From Trichinella spiralis (Eukaryota): a DNA stretch of 64,000 bases. Positions 1 through 18,403 of the stretch are shown piece by piece (the stretch's first letter is position 1; every line of letters starts with the position of its first letter). Below the pieces are notes generated by a model that saw only the letters and a program-made list of their open reading frames with translations, was not told where the DNA came from and searched no databases. The position numbers and the translations under genes were made by a program. Where the stretch lies: assembly GCF_000181795.1 (NCBI RefSeq), contig NW_003526941.1, forward strand, positions 124,001-188,000, given 5' to 3'.

Positions 1-3000
1 AATGAAAAGTCAGTCTGTCAGTCTGACTGTTGGTGAATCTCTTGGCGTATGCGCATACCTTGTAAAATTCTAAACCAACCAAACCAGCTACTGCAGCTGT
101 AGTTGTAGCAATCGCTGGAATAATGCGACCAGCAATCTGTTTAGTCTAAATAAGACAAATTAAATGAATGAAAGAAAAAATGTGAAGCAAAAAAGAAAAA
201 AACTAATATACAATACCTTCATAAAGTCAGCTTTTTCAATTTTATAATTTTCTGCACGCAAATTGCTTGCCGCTGTTATGAATTCCATATGATGATTGGT
301 ATCGTCGTCTTTTTCAAAATCGATCGGTACCAAACGGGAAGTTTTTTCCGGCTTCAACTTTGCCAACATCAATTGCAAATCTTGAAAACGACTATCATCA
401 TCTGAAACGATGCAAAAAAAAACATGGATAATCTTTGCAAGGTGCAGTGGTGGTGTTCAAAAAACACAAATATTCACCGGATGTCGCTCCAGCAAGTTCA
501 GCCGCTTCTTCGTCCGTTGTTGGAATTTTCAAACCAATCTTCGGTTTAAACGGTGGCGGTTTCACTTCAGAAGCCAATTCGACAACTTTATCCATGTCGT
601 CGATCGGCTTCATCGCGTACATTTGGGCACGCAAAAATGCACTGGCAAAAATGAACTGTCTATGCTCAGGGTTGGAACTGTCGAAATAAATTGCATGTGG
701 ACAACGTTTGCTGCCGGACCAAAATTTCGTTCCAAATGCGGTCAACTGATCTTCTGGAAAACTGTAAAGCAACTGTTGGATTTGAAAATTAAAATGCTGC
801 TCAAACTGGAGTCGTGCCCAGCGAACACAAGCTTCAACTGTTGCTGGACGATCATCCGACAAATAATGATAAACATTTTCAAGCAGTTCAAGCTAAAAAA
901 AATAACAATAATAACACTCATATCTATCAGTGTATATAACAACAATTATTATTTGTTTTACTTTCTGAGAATCGTGCATCTTATCAATTCTATCAAAAAA
1001 ACCCCTCGGATCATCCAAAAATTGATTAGCCAACTCAGCAGGAATGCTAAACGCTCCTTCGAACAGATCGCGAGCCCACTTGAAAAACAATCAAATTAAA
1101 AAACATACACACACACACACACATAGAGAGAGAGAGAGAAAAAATAATAATTAGAAATACTTGAATTGTATGTTCGATAGTGTTGGGAAAGTTCCGCAAC
1201 GTGCATATAGGAATAGACTTTTCCGGTGGATCATGAGAACTACTGTATGATTCAGTTAAAAACGGATAGACCACCTGAGTGCTACCTTTGGGACCTTGAG
1301 TACCGGAATCAAGCAAAGGCAGTCGATAATAAACACACCGTCGATCCACATAAGTACCTTTTTAAAAGTAATTAAATTTTTTTTTGGAAAAAAAGAAATA
1401 AATAATTCAAGACAACAATTGCTTACGAGCTTCAATATTATCTAAAGCATTTGCAACACCGTCCAGTTTTTCAAAAAATGCATCATCAAAAATGTTTTCC
1501 GTCCCCGTGCCAACTCGTTCGCACATCGCCACTACATTCAACTGCGAATTAAAATTTTTCGCCACTTTACCTGCCACTTCAGCCTTTTTAGCCTAAAGTT
1601 CAGAAATTTAGAAAAAAAAATTCCACAACACTCACCGATCGATGACCGTGATAATTAAAATTTATACTCAAATCAAGCATCCGCAAGCAAATAAATCAAC
1701 GATTAAAAAAAATTTTTTTTTCAAATTATAATTACAGTTAGTTAACTTACTCCAACATCTGATCTACGAAATAAAAACTGGCGATTCAAATTTGACAATT
1801 CAATATTATCCATGTCGGTGATTATTAAGCAGCCGTCTTTTCCACAGGCAACACCCATCATTGCGAAATTTTTCAACAGCTCACAGCCAATTGCTCCAGC
1901 GCCCACCTAAATAAAAATAAGAAAAATAAGTTATCATAAAATACAAAACATCCAATACTAGAAGGAAAAGTTAATTATTACAATCAACCACTTCTGCTTG
2001 GCCAATGCTTCTTGAAAATTCCAACCAAACACAGCCGCTTGACCGTCGTAACGACTACCTTGCAGACGACATGCTCCTTCATCGCGCAAACCGTAAGCAC
2101 TATCTGTTTCTGGCAAACATTCCAGTGAATCAAAATACAGCCATTGGTGTATAGGTGTAAAAATGCCTGTCACTGCCTGGAAAAAAAAAACAATTCTGAA
2201 AATCTGCTACGTACACAGATGCAAATATTTTCTACTTTCATAGCCTCTTGAGCAGCTATTCCTCCAATGAATCCATTCATTGCTACCAAATTTCCAACAG
2301 CTTGAAAACTTAGCATCTTGGCTAATCTCGCATCGACTTTCTCTAGTTTTATTTTCGCAGGAAGCTGAGTGTTGATTTCCTCACAGTATTGAAGCATTTG
2401 CTCGGCGTCAGCCTTAAAAAAATGCATTTTCATTTTTAAAAATACAACTGACATAATATTCTGACCAAATTCTGCGGTCGTGGTAAGCGTCCTTCTTTTT
2501 CGAAAAACATGTGCAAACCTTGCCAAATAACATGCATCTGTTGGGGTCGGTCCAATTTAGAATGATCAGAAACTAAAATTTCCGGATCCAGCAACGCTTC
2601 ATTGAGAGATACCTAAATACAATTTCATATATTAAAGATTTGGGCTGATAGTTTTACTTATTTATTCATTTATTTAACTTATACGAATAAAATGGTGCAA
2701 TTTCTTAATAATATAAAACGCACAAATAAATAAATAAATAAATAGACTTACAAATTCCATTTTCACCGGAACTTTCACCGTTTTCGCTTTGCCACCTTCA
2801 GTATGCTCAGAATATGTAGAAATATCACCAATATTGAATTCCATAGTATCTAAAATAAACCAAAGATCTGAAATACTTGCTTCACGAAAAAAAGTATACA
2901 TATATAAACTTACTGATAACTTTCACTTTACGAGGGGGACAGTCGTTCAGTTCAACCATTCCTTTCACTTCACGAAAAGTAACATAGTCACCGTCTTCCA

Positions 3001-5752
3001 AATTATGCTTCATATCTTCCAAAACAAAAACATTTCCAGTTTCCTAACAAATATTAATTTAAAAAAATCAACAATAACTATAAACTTTTATGTATTAGAA
3101 AAAAAACCAACTCTGTCAATGTGATTAATAATAACTTCAGTGCACGGTTCACCATTCGAATCGTCGATAATGTGATTCGAACCAAAATCATTAAACAAAA
3201 CACCGAACAAGCCGCGGCAATCGGCTGCAATAAATTTTTTCCCATACTTTCTGGTCCACAAATTAATCTGCTTTTGTTCTGCTAAAGTTGCCTCAGTAAT
3301 TATGACAAGCTACAATTGAAAAGAAAAAACCACGCTATATTTGACAATTCTGCGCTGCTGCTGTGACTGGAAAAGAAACTGAAAAAAAAACTTGCATCGA
3401 ACTGCTTTACTAAATTTTCATTCAATTCTTCAGTAATGCATCCAACAGTAACGCTGTCATTAAGTTCCTCCAAGTGGGGCCACGATTCCACGGCCCGATT
3501 TTTCCCCAAACACTGTTCGTTCAAATAGTACTGAAACAGTGAAATCAATCTATCATAAAATGTCGCTTAGATACGAAATTGTGCACTAACCTGAGCCGAC
3601 AAGTCCAACCAAGTTGCAGTTTTCGTATCGTGAATAGTGACGTGTCGAATACCTCCAAGTATGAGATTTTTAGCAATTTCCACACCAACTCCACCAATGC
3701 CACTTATTAAAACGGTTGAAATTCTCAAACGCCGCATGGCAACTTCCCCCAAAGCATATCTAATTAGTTCAATAATAATTTATAATAGACCGTTCCAGTC
3801 AATTATTTCACTTACAGTTGACGAGAATACAGCTGTGGATCAAAAGAGCCTAACTTTGATCGCCCATTAGCCATGTCTGTGTTGAAAGAATTTTCAGAAT
3901 TTCTTGAATCGGATCCTTCAACCATATCTGTTCGAGACTTTTGTATCTTAAATATATTTACAAAAACCTTAAATAAACTCAAAAAATTCTGAATTCAAAC
4001 AAACAACAATATTTCAAAAACTAATCAACATAATAATAAAGATAATATAATTTTCCGTTCCTCAACATAACATTATATAACACCGGTAAAAACCAGTTTT
4101 TATGTTCATTCATCCATTTCCAAATCGTAAAGTAAAAAAAATTCCATCGCCCTGCGGTTTTAAAAATTCTGGAGTTATATATCATCGCATTTCAATTTTC
4201 TTATCAAATTATTAATGTTTTTACACAATTATAGTTACCAATGAACAATGGCAAAAAAGTATAGACAATACCTATTTCGCGAACAGAATTTCCAGAACAC
4301 AAAACTAAGAACTAAACACGCAGCAAATGACAAAAATAACAATAAAATTTTAAAACTGAAAAAACATTAAATATTTGCTTTAAAACTACCGCGCAAAATC
4401 AGTCGATATTTTATCTATCACACAACACAGTAATTGCTCAATAGCAGAGCTTTTCAATTCAAATTTTCTGCATTACTTCCTCTTCGTTTAGTCAAATATT
4501 CCTACGCTAAACAAATGCTTGGCACTGTGCCAACAATAAAAGGAAGTTGCAAAAGAACAAAATAACATTTATTAAACCTATCCCAAAACCGTTGATCTGT
4601 AAAACTTAACGTAAATAAACAGCAGCTGCAAACGGTTCACTTAAAATTTTCACATAAATTTGAAATACAACACAACAAAAAGAAAATGAAGCTGAAATTT
4701 GAAATTGAAAATCCAAATTCTCCCCCATCATAATTGTATCAAAAATAATCTTAAACTGTGACAATTTCTCTCATAAACTTGAAAAAGCAACTGCATATTC
4801 GAACTGTCTATGCCAACACTATTTCATACTGTCAGACACTATTTAACCTTGCATTTCATGTAAACCCTACAGTATACCTAATTCTCAGTTAATTGATAAA
4901 ATTATTCATATTCCCTGAAGAAAAACTAACAACTATTGTCATATTAATAAATATAAACGTAATAATATTGTTCATAATAAATTACTTTGCTAACCAATGT
5001 ATACTATTTTCGCAACAACTTGAAAAGTAGTAAAAATCTCTTGAACGGTGAAGATAATGAGAAACCTAATTCTCAATTAAAAATCTGCAAGCTAAGAACT
5101 CAATATGCGATTCAATTGTAATTCAATTAAAAGAATTTTATTTTGTTCGTAAATTTTTTTCATGGCATACTAAGCAAATATTTAAAAACATCTAATTGTA
5201 CCGTTAGTGCTAAAAGAAATTATTCAAAGTTTTCTACTTTATGATGAAATTACGGCTTACTGAAATCTGAATGAAGTATACGTGTAGCTAAAGTGAAAAG
5301 ATTTACAAGAATTTCTTTTATCCTGACATTGCAGCATTTACGCATTTGATAATGCTTTGTAAAAATAAAATTTTCTTCAAGAAAGATAATTATAAAAGAG
5401 TTTTCAGCGAAATTACAAATTGTGAATGTGATTCTAAAAGAACTTAAATCATTCACCGAACCTAGTTAACGCGCTATTTACACGTTTTGGCTGCTCAAAT
5501 CAACTCAAACAGTATAAAAATTAGCACAAAAATGTAGTTGAAATTTTCGAAAACTAAACACCTTCAACAGTGAATACTAAAAAGACCGCTTGAAGATTAA
5601 ATACCAAAAAGTTTCATTATAGACCAACGCACCTTATCGCCTGTGGAACAATCGATACTGTCTATTTTTGACCGTTTTGAAGGAGGTGACGGATTATTTG
5701 GATCCACTTGGTTAGAGTTTAAATTTTTGGTTGACTCTTCACACAGAGACAT
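1..5752 (-). CDS. uba-1: Ubiquitin-activating enzyme E1, multi-exon; 3' end lies beyond the window start
   Basis: Spliced exons give [39 protein letters not shown], catalytic-Cys motif [10 protein letters not shown] (~1200), [11 protein letters not shown] and [13 protein letters not shown]. Exon 1 is 5633-5752 (MSLCEE...PPSKRSKI...GDK, AAG|GTGCGT) and splices in phase 0 to exon 2 (3816-3946). Confidence 0.96.
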
Positions 5753-6168
5753 GGAACTAGAAAGAAATTCACAATGAAGAACATAATAAAATATTCACAA
5801 CGACTAATAGGTAAAACTAACGGATCACTAATATCAGTAATAAAATCAATAGAAAATTCTACCTTTCATAACGCGGAAACCGGAAAACGAAATCGCACTG
5901 AATTCTTGAAAGAAACCAATGAGAATTATACACTCAAGAATATGCCCAATACTTTATTACTAATTATACTGTATTGATACCTGCAAAGCATATACATGAA
6001 ATAAAAATTTTGATACTTTTGTAGGATATTATAAAAAATATTTTTTCTTTTTAAAAATTTTCGAATTATTATATGTATTAAATAATTGAAAAATCTACTC
6101 GTATCAGCTACGTCATTTTCTAATGATACTCCTTTGAGATTTACCTGCAAAAGAGCATAAGAGAAACG

Positions 6169-7607
6169 ATGAAAACTAATCGAAGCAGGCAAAAATCATT
6201 CTACAAAGTTGAAGGTGCAAAGGATAAATCTTCAAAATTTCAACGACGTTATGTCCACGAGGCATTATCGCAGGTATATATTATTATAAATATATGGTTA
6301 TGGTAGTCAATGTTGCTTGTAAAAGATAACTTTAATTTTGCTCTGCAACTGCAGTGTTTCCACATAATCGTTTAATAGAATGTGCTAAAACTAAGCATTA
6401 GTGAAACAATCCATGAAAACATGAATGAGCATGGCTGTTTTTGTCAGACAGTAACAATTGAAAAGTTGCATGATTTGTTAATGAATAAAGTCGGCTAATG
6501 ACTATTTTATTTTTTATGTTTTACAGGGATGCAATGATTCGGCCAAGAATAAAATTAAATTTACCGAAGAATTTCCAGATGGAATTGCAGAACACAATCA
6601 TACGACGACAGTTGCACTGGATTTTCCATCCATGACTAAAGCAGATCGTTCTAACTTTGTCAGACTGAATCATTTAGAAAATAGGCGGCAGCTATGGGAA
6701 GAACGTCAAAACATTATCAACATGGCATTTGAAGGAGTGCGTATGATTTTTCTTGATCAACTATAGCATGTAATGATGATCAGCTATTTGTTTGTTTAAA
6801 ATTTAGGAATCGTGCAACTTGTTGAAAAACAAAAAAATTGTATTCACCGAGAATAGTTCAGTTGAAGATGACGAACAACAATGTGATAAGGATATTTCAA
6901 ATGAAACGAATCGTCTCCAACTATTTGATGAATGTGACGACGACGACGATGATGATGATGCACTTAATTATGGGGAATTTCCCAACAGTTTACCATGTTC
7001 AAAAGCACAGCAAAGGGTTAGAGCTTCAGTTTTAAATAAATTTGAAAATCTCAAAGTTTAAAAGCTATAAGCACTTTTGATTATTTTTGAACGTAATCAA
7101 ATTGAACATGGCTTGAAAAACTGTATAATTATATATGAAATGAACACAAGGTGTATAAATTAATAACTGTTATAGATGATGCGACATCAAGCAAAATTGG
7201 GATTGGATCCTCGATTCCGAATGAATGCTCAATTTTTGGCAGATTTTGAAGAAAATGATTGCATGTCTTCAAATACGTCGGACAGTGAATCGGATGTAAA
7301 TGTACAACAATGTTCAAATGAACTGAGCAGAAACATTTGCATTGCTGAAAAAGTGATTTCCGATTCTTCAGCTTATTCAAAATTTACACTGCCAAATTCA
7401 ATAATAAATAAACCCTTTGCATTGAAAAGAAACAAAAATATGATCAGTGGTCGTTATAATCCGGACAATCCTGAACATTACATCTATGAATTGCGCCCAA
7501 ATGTTTCGAACAAGAAAACATCCGCTGTGGAGAACGTTTCAAATAATTCTGTTCAATATGCTCAACAAGTGAATTCGTCAACAGAAGCAGAACAAAACTA
7601 CTGTACC

Positions 7608-7650
<43 letters not shown>

Positions 7651-8351
7651 GAACTCAACAACAACAGGAAATTGATGTGGAAAAACCGAAAATTTTCATC
7701 GATCCAACATTCCTTGAAAGTTTAAAAAGTGACGAAACAAGCAATGATAACCAACAACAGTTAACAAACAACAAAACGTTTAGCATATTGGCTTGCTTTG
7801 GCAAGTTGGATGCAAAAAATAATGAATCTGGTAAAATGTTTCTTCTTTTCTTCATAATAAAACATTAAAAGCATTATTTTTTGTAATTATCTTTCAGATA
7901 CAACGTCAAAATTGGAAGCACAACTGAATGCTGTTGATAATTGCTCAGAAAAGTCCGTAAATAGTGAACGAAAATACGAAAAGAAGAAAGCAGAATCGAA
8001 ACCCATTGAAAATGGAACATTTGGAAGAGGCGATAATTTCTTTTTCAAAAGAAATGATCCTCGACTATTAGGCAAGATGACGCAGTAATTTTTTGATTGC
8101 TTCTGTAAATTGTTTACTTTCATACAGAAGATTTGAAAAGTTTCCGAAATGCAAGTACGAGGGATCAACTTTGGCAAGCTTTGGAAAATAGAAAACCACT
8201 ACTAATCAAAGTTTGTTTCAAAATCATCTACTGAATAATTAATTAATCCACTGTTCGATTCGTTGATTCTTTTCAGCTTTACAAGAATCGTTGGTCTGAT
8301 ACGAAACGTCGAATGAAGAAGAAAATTCGCGAAAATATCTTTCAGAAATGA
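6169..8351 (+). CDS. Nucleolar protein 8 (NOL8)-like, multi-exon
   Basis: Exons join in frame from ATG 6169. SNFVRLNHLENRRQ, KKIVF..LFD..DDDD, LDPRFRMNAQFL, FFFKRNDPRL and a basic C-terminal tail resemble the conserved C-terminal blocks of NOL8. The start codon is inferred. Confidence 0.7.
7605..7649 (+). repeat. Coding trinucleotide repeat (ACC)4(ACT)11 encoding poly-Thr15
   Basis: Seen directly in the NOL8-like exon. Confidence 0.95.
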
Positions 8352-8939
8352 ATGAAATTTTTCTTGTACAATATTCTTTCCTTTTCGACAAATATCTTAT
8401 CAATCTCATAATCTTATAAATAAATATTAGTGAAAATATTCAACAAACTGCTCGATATTTATTTCCCGATTGACCACTGTCAACGAAAAATCTCAGGCCA
8501 TTTAGATTAGCAAAACTAGATGAACTAAAGCAACGTTCAAACGATGAACAAACTAACGTCAAAATTTTGATTTCAAAACATTATTGTATTTCAATTAAAC
8601 ATATACTAAATTTCATTCCAAATAACAACAACATCAAGCGTAAAACAATTAGTTACCTTTTTTTTCAAGCAATATTTAATAATTCTTCGTCTTCGAATTC
8701 AGAAAACACAATCTGGAAAAATAAAAATGAAAAATAAAAACGTACAAATTCATTAAAAAGCATGTTGTTGCACTGAAAAGTTCTCAGTTAATCAAATGTT
8801 CATTGCAATAAATTTTTATTTCAAATATGTAAGAAAAAACAAATGCAGTTTGAACACAACATTCCAAAGCATTGTGATAAACTGATTAAAACAAGGTTAC
8901 TAGTAATCAATATAGAGAGACAGAAAGAAAGATACATCA

Positions 8940-9428
8940 TCAGCAACTTTCACTCATGACAATTTCTGTGATGGGAAAGTATTTCTTCAAAGCTTCGCCC
9001 ATAAATTTGCTAGCTTGATCCACGTAAATGGTTTTGATGCTGTTCGTGTTGGATATCTGTCGAAAAATTTCGAGCAAATATGATGACATCTCATCGTCTA
9101 CGATAAACTTTGAAAATGGATAAAGTCGGAGATCCCATTCAGTGGCATGAGGAGCTAAAGTGAACGCAATGTGCAAACACGAAGCACAAATGCGGAACGC
9201 AGCTGGAGGCTGCTCTGGAATAACAAAATGTGTCATTTTTAAAACTGACAGTCGATCCAAATTCATAAAATATTCATCAACGGCTTTTTCCCACTCTGGA
9301 CACACATCACGACAAAAATAGATATCGGCATAATTCAGATGCGCAAAAATTGCGTTCAGTACACTGCTATCATACATTGGTCCTTTGCTGATTGTAGAAT
9401 TCCTCGGTGAACTACAGCCCAGTGCCAT
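8940..9428 (-). CDS. Small single-exon F-box domain protein (~162 aa)
   Basis: ORF from ATG 9428 contains the F-box-like segment SVLNAIFAHLNYADIYFCRDVCPEWEKAV. No recognisable C-terminal domain. Confidence 0.7.
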   Translation of the reverse strand: MALGCSSPRNSTISKGPMYDSSVLNAIFAHLNYADIYFCRDVCPEWEKAVDEYFMNLDRLSVLKMTHFVIPEQPPAAFRICASCLHIAFTLAPHATEWDLRLYPFSKFIVDDEMSSYLLEIFRQISNTNSIKTIYVDQASKFMGEALKKYFPITEIVMSESC

Positions 9429-9745
9429 AATGGAATCTAACAGACAAAAGATATGAAACCAATTATCACCAGTCAAGACCAAAAAATACAGTAACCGATT
9501 ATCAGTCTGCTTGAAACTCAAGTACACAGTTGTAAATAATGCGTTTACTGTACCAATTGACTCGTAAGAAAATGAAAAATTAATTTCTGAAATTTTCAAA
9601 AAATCAAATTGAACATATATATGTAAATAAAAATAATTTCCAATTAAAACTGCACAAATATTTCTTTAGTCAAAAATTATGAAATCAAGTTTTCAAAAAA
9701 AAAATAAAACATCATTTGAAACATCTTCATTTGAGTTGTTGCATA

Positions 9746-14253
<4,508 letters not shown>

Positions 14254-15050
14254 GGTAATAACTATTCATCAACTTATCTGAATTGCATCATCAAAGGCAA
14301 CATTCTTACGTTACCTCCAAACTAACCTGCATATCATCTTATTCTTACTCTAAGTTGACGTGTCCTTTCTACCAATTAACAACCTGTAATAAAAACAATT
14401 TAGACATTGTAAACAAAACAGATAATTACATATAAGCGTATTTATTTATTTAATTTTTAGATTAATAATATTTTATTGATAAATATTAAGCGTTAAAATT
14501 GTAGTCATAAAAAGTGTAATATATAAATCCATTTGTCAGTTTTAAGCATTTAATTAACAATTATCAATTATCTACTGTAGAAATAAAATTTTTTTTCAAT
14601 TATAATAATTCACAATCAATTATTTGACATTTTTTAAAAAGGAAGTTAATTGTATTTTAACATATTAAAATCTACTGATTTTAACAAATATATTAAGTAT
14701 ACTAATTTTTAGATATATTATGTTCATTTAATAGAGCGCAATAATATAGTAGTAATGTAATATAATACAATATATTCACATAAACTAGATCCAAATATCA
14801 GTTCATTTTCTACTTTAACTTTCTTACTTATATCATCATTCATGTTATGACTACAACTTGCTGTTGTACAGTTAAATACATATTTATTCAACTGTGTCTA
14901 TTTGCTTTAAGACAGATCTGCTTAAATAAAATGTTATATCATTTTTCAACAATATAAAAGGCATATTGCTGTTGAAACAGCATTTTTGATAATGCTTCTG
15001 AAATGTTTCTTAACTCCTAAAATCTGCTCAGAGTGATGAAGGACTTTTAA

Positions 15051-17198
15051 ATGACCAACATGTTTTCATTCCAATTCACGAAAACTTACAAACGCTATTC
15101 CACTGCACTTGCTAATATTGTATCGAACATTCAGCAAGAATTAATTGAAATTCAGGTATAATATACGGAAACACATTTCATTTGCTGTGCCCTTTTGACA
15201 GCAATTACTTTCTACTTTTGACTTTATTTAAGAAATCAGGCACTTATAAACACGAACGAATTTTGCTTGGTCGACAAGGAGTTAAAGTACATGTGGCTGG
15301 AACAAAACAGCCAGTGATCAATTTCTGTGCTAATAATTATTTAGGATTGAGTAGTCATGAAGACATCATCGAAGCCGGGAAAAATGCACTACACACCTAT
15401 GGAGCAGGCCTAAGTTCCGTCAGATTTATTTGTGGCACCCAGGATATACATAAGTAAATTTATACTTCCCAAATTATCACATTAAAATTCGTATTTTGCT
15501 TGTTATTTTGATTAAATTTACAAATAAATTAATACAAAATAAAATATAAATTATTACAGACAATTAGAAAATACTTTGGCACTGTTTCATGAAAAAGAAG
15601 ATGCAATACTTTATGCGTCTTGTTTTGATGCAAATGCAGGCATATTTGAAGCACTTTTAGGTAATAATATATGTATGTGCATTTTTATCTAATCATGTTT
15701 TGCTACATTATAAAGTAAATAATACAATTATGCAAGTAAAAACATTAATTGACATTGCAGTCTTTTGTCATTAGCTGGTAATAAATTGCGTAAATTAATG
15801 AAACTGTTTAGATTCTAACGATGCAGTTATATCAGATGAACTGAACCATGCTTCATTAATAGATGGAATTCGATTAACAAAGGCTAAAAGATTTCGCTAT
15901 AAGCACATGAATATGATAGACTTAGAAAGCAAATTGCAAGAGACAAAAGGTAACTGATTGTTCAGTGAATCCTACATTTGCAGCATGAGTTAAAAAGTAA
16001 ATTATAGTTGAGTTATTATGTATAAAAAATGAATACCATCTCTGATTTATTTTTAGTAGTATTTAATATTAGTAGATAATATTTAAAAATAGAAAAAACA
16101 AAAGAAAAATTACGATTGTAAATTTTAGGAAAATGTGATAAATTAGTGAGAAAAATGAATATTTAAAATTTGAATCTTTTTTTCAGAATATCGAAGAAAA
16201 ATGATCGTTTCAGACGGCGTATTTAGTATGGACGGAGATGTAGCTCCGTTACCGGAAATTGTTAATTTGGCAAATAAATATGATGCAATTATTCTTTTGG
16301 ATGAATGCCACGCCACTGGATTTTTTGGAAAAACTGGACGAGGAACTGAAGAATATTTTGGTAACAGTGTAATTTCAAGTTCTGTTTATTTATTAATCAA
16401 TTGCAGTGCCTTTCTAACTTCAGGAATAAAGGGCAGTGTACACTTGATTAATTCGACATTAGGTAAAGCTATGGGAGGAGCCATGGGAGGTTATACCACA
16501 GGACCAAAACCAATAATTGATTTATTGCGACAAAAATCGAGACCTTATTTATTTTCCAATTCCTTGGCTCCAGCTGTAGTAGGTAGTTCTTTGAAGGCAG
16601 TGCAATTGCTAATGAAAGATTCAAAGCATGCTGAATCATTGCTAAGAAAAACGACTATATTTCGAACAAGAATGAAAAATCTGGGTTTCAAAGTAGCAGG
16701 AAATTCACAACATCCGATTTGTCCTGTAATGCTTGGTAACGCAAAGTAAGCAACCGCATTTTAGGGAATTACAGGAAATATTATTTGCACATATTTTTTC
16801 TTTATAAAGTTAGAATACTTGAACATGCATGTATGTATGCATGAACGTGCGCCTTAATTTTATTTTCAAATCAAGTTAGCATGAATTAACGCTTCATTAA
16901 TGCAGTTAATCAGGCTAATTATGTGCGATTTATCCAGTTTAAAATGAATTTACCGTTTTGATAAAAAGAATTGCCTCTGAAGATTACCAAGAGTTCGTAT
17001 AAAATTTACTTTAGGCTAACTACAGAATTTGCCAATCGTCTTTTGGAATTTGGAATTTATGCAATTGGATTTAGCTATCCTGTTGTGCCAAAAGATAAAC
17101 CCCGAATTCGAATACAAATATCTGCAGCTCACAGTGAAGAAGATATTGAAAAATGCATTGAAGCTTTCAGCAAAGTACAAAAACTGCTAAATATATAA
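15051..17198 (+). CDS. GCAT: 2-amino-3-ketobutyrate CoA ligase (glycine C-acetyltransferase), mitochondrial, multi-exon
   Basis: [54 protein letters not shown] lysine motif STLGKAMGG and FSYPVVPK. Confidence 0.96.
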
Positions 17199-18403
17199 GA
17201 ATAAAAGGTTCTTGGAAAAATTTGTCATTTCCTTTCAAATGGCTGATGCAAAAACATTTTTATCAGTCGACTCATTTCACTGGTATAATTAATGTCTCTA
17301 ATGTAAAATAAATAAGTCTCAAGAATGTAAAATCATTTCAAAAAAATACAACAATTATTATAATTCAACATAAGAAAACTTCTTACTTGATACTGAAATT
17401 CATTTAAATTCTAATTTAAAATTTAAATGTCTTACCTGATTAGCAGCAGCATAGCACAACAAACAGCAGAACAAATGAACAAGCAAACAGACAGCGAACG
17501 ATTTATTTGTATTACTGTACATATATATATATATATAGAATAAGCACTATTATGGAAATTTTGCTTTCATATTCGTTATCGCTGCTGTGATTAGCGTGCA
17601 AATTTTCTTAACACTTTGCGTTGATAAACAAACATTAGCTCAGAACAGCTTTGAAACTGAAATTCACAAAGCTAGTTTCGTAGATTATGTATTCATTTTG
17701 GAGCTGCACAAAATTGAACAAATGATGGATTAAAAAAAGAAAATAGATTTTCCGCAGCTTATAAAATTTAAAATTCTCTACTGTTAGCTGCTGGATAATT
17801 TTCACAAAAATTGAACTTGTTCAAAACAGTTCATTGCAACGATCATTTCACACTTTCAAAAGTAAAAAGGAAATTTTTTCAACTTCAGCAAATATTCAAA
17901 TTTTTGTTCTTCAAATCCATTCAATACAATGTTGATAATCTTATTCCGTCGAATTATTTCGCAGAAATAAGATGTGCAGATATTTACTCATGTACATGTG
18001 TGCGTGTAGGTGCATCTTGAAACATCACTACCTGCTTAATAAACTGTTGATGATCAACATTTTCTAAACAACAAGTTTTCAGCTTCACAACAACTGTACG
18101 TACTTGAAACACTTCTTCGTGTTTTCAATTTTTAAATTACAAATCCAGATTTGAAATTCACTTCACACTACACACTACAAGAGCTCACTTATTCTCTTTT
18201 TAATTATATATTTTAACATTAACTTGAACATGATTTTGAAAAAAATATCAATAAAAGAATGACAGCCTGACATAGAATAAATGTAAATAAATTGGCATTC
18301 CGATAAGCATGATTTTAAATATGCCTATTTTTCACCTTTGTCAGTTATATGTGCTGGAAATTAAAGAAAAAAAAGCAAATAATAGCAATGCTCAAAAATG
18401 CTA

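Noticed and set aside
410..1099. Long + strand ORF, and similar antisense ORFs over ELL, RPC4 and Akt
   Set aside because: Shadow frames of real genes on the opposite strand.
5610..5750. Sm-site-like AATTTTTGG plus hairpins on the + strand, suggesting an snRNA or SL RNA
   Set aside because: The same bases form UBA1 exon 1 on the minus strand (clean 40-codon ORF with donor), and I see no match to a known snRNA.
8657..8712. Exon-like segment on the minus strand (IVFSEFEDEELLNIA*) downstream of the F-box ORF
   Set aside because: No in-frame donor found to join it to the F-box CDS; may be a UTR exon or chance.
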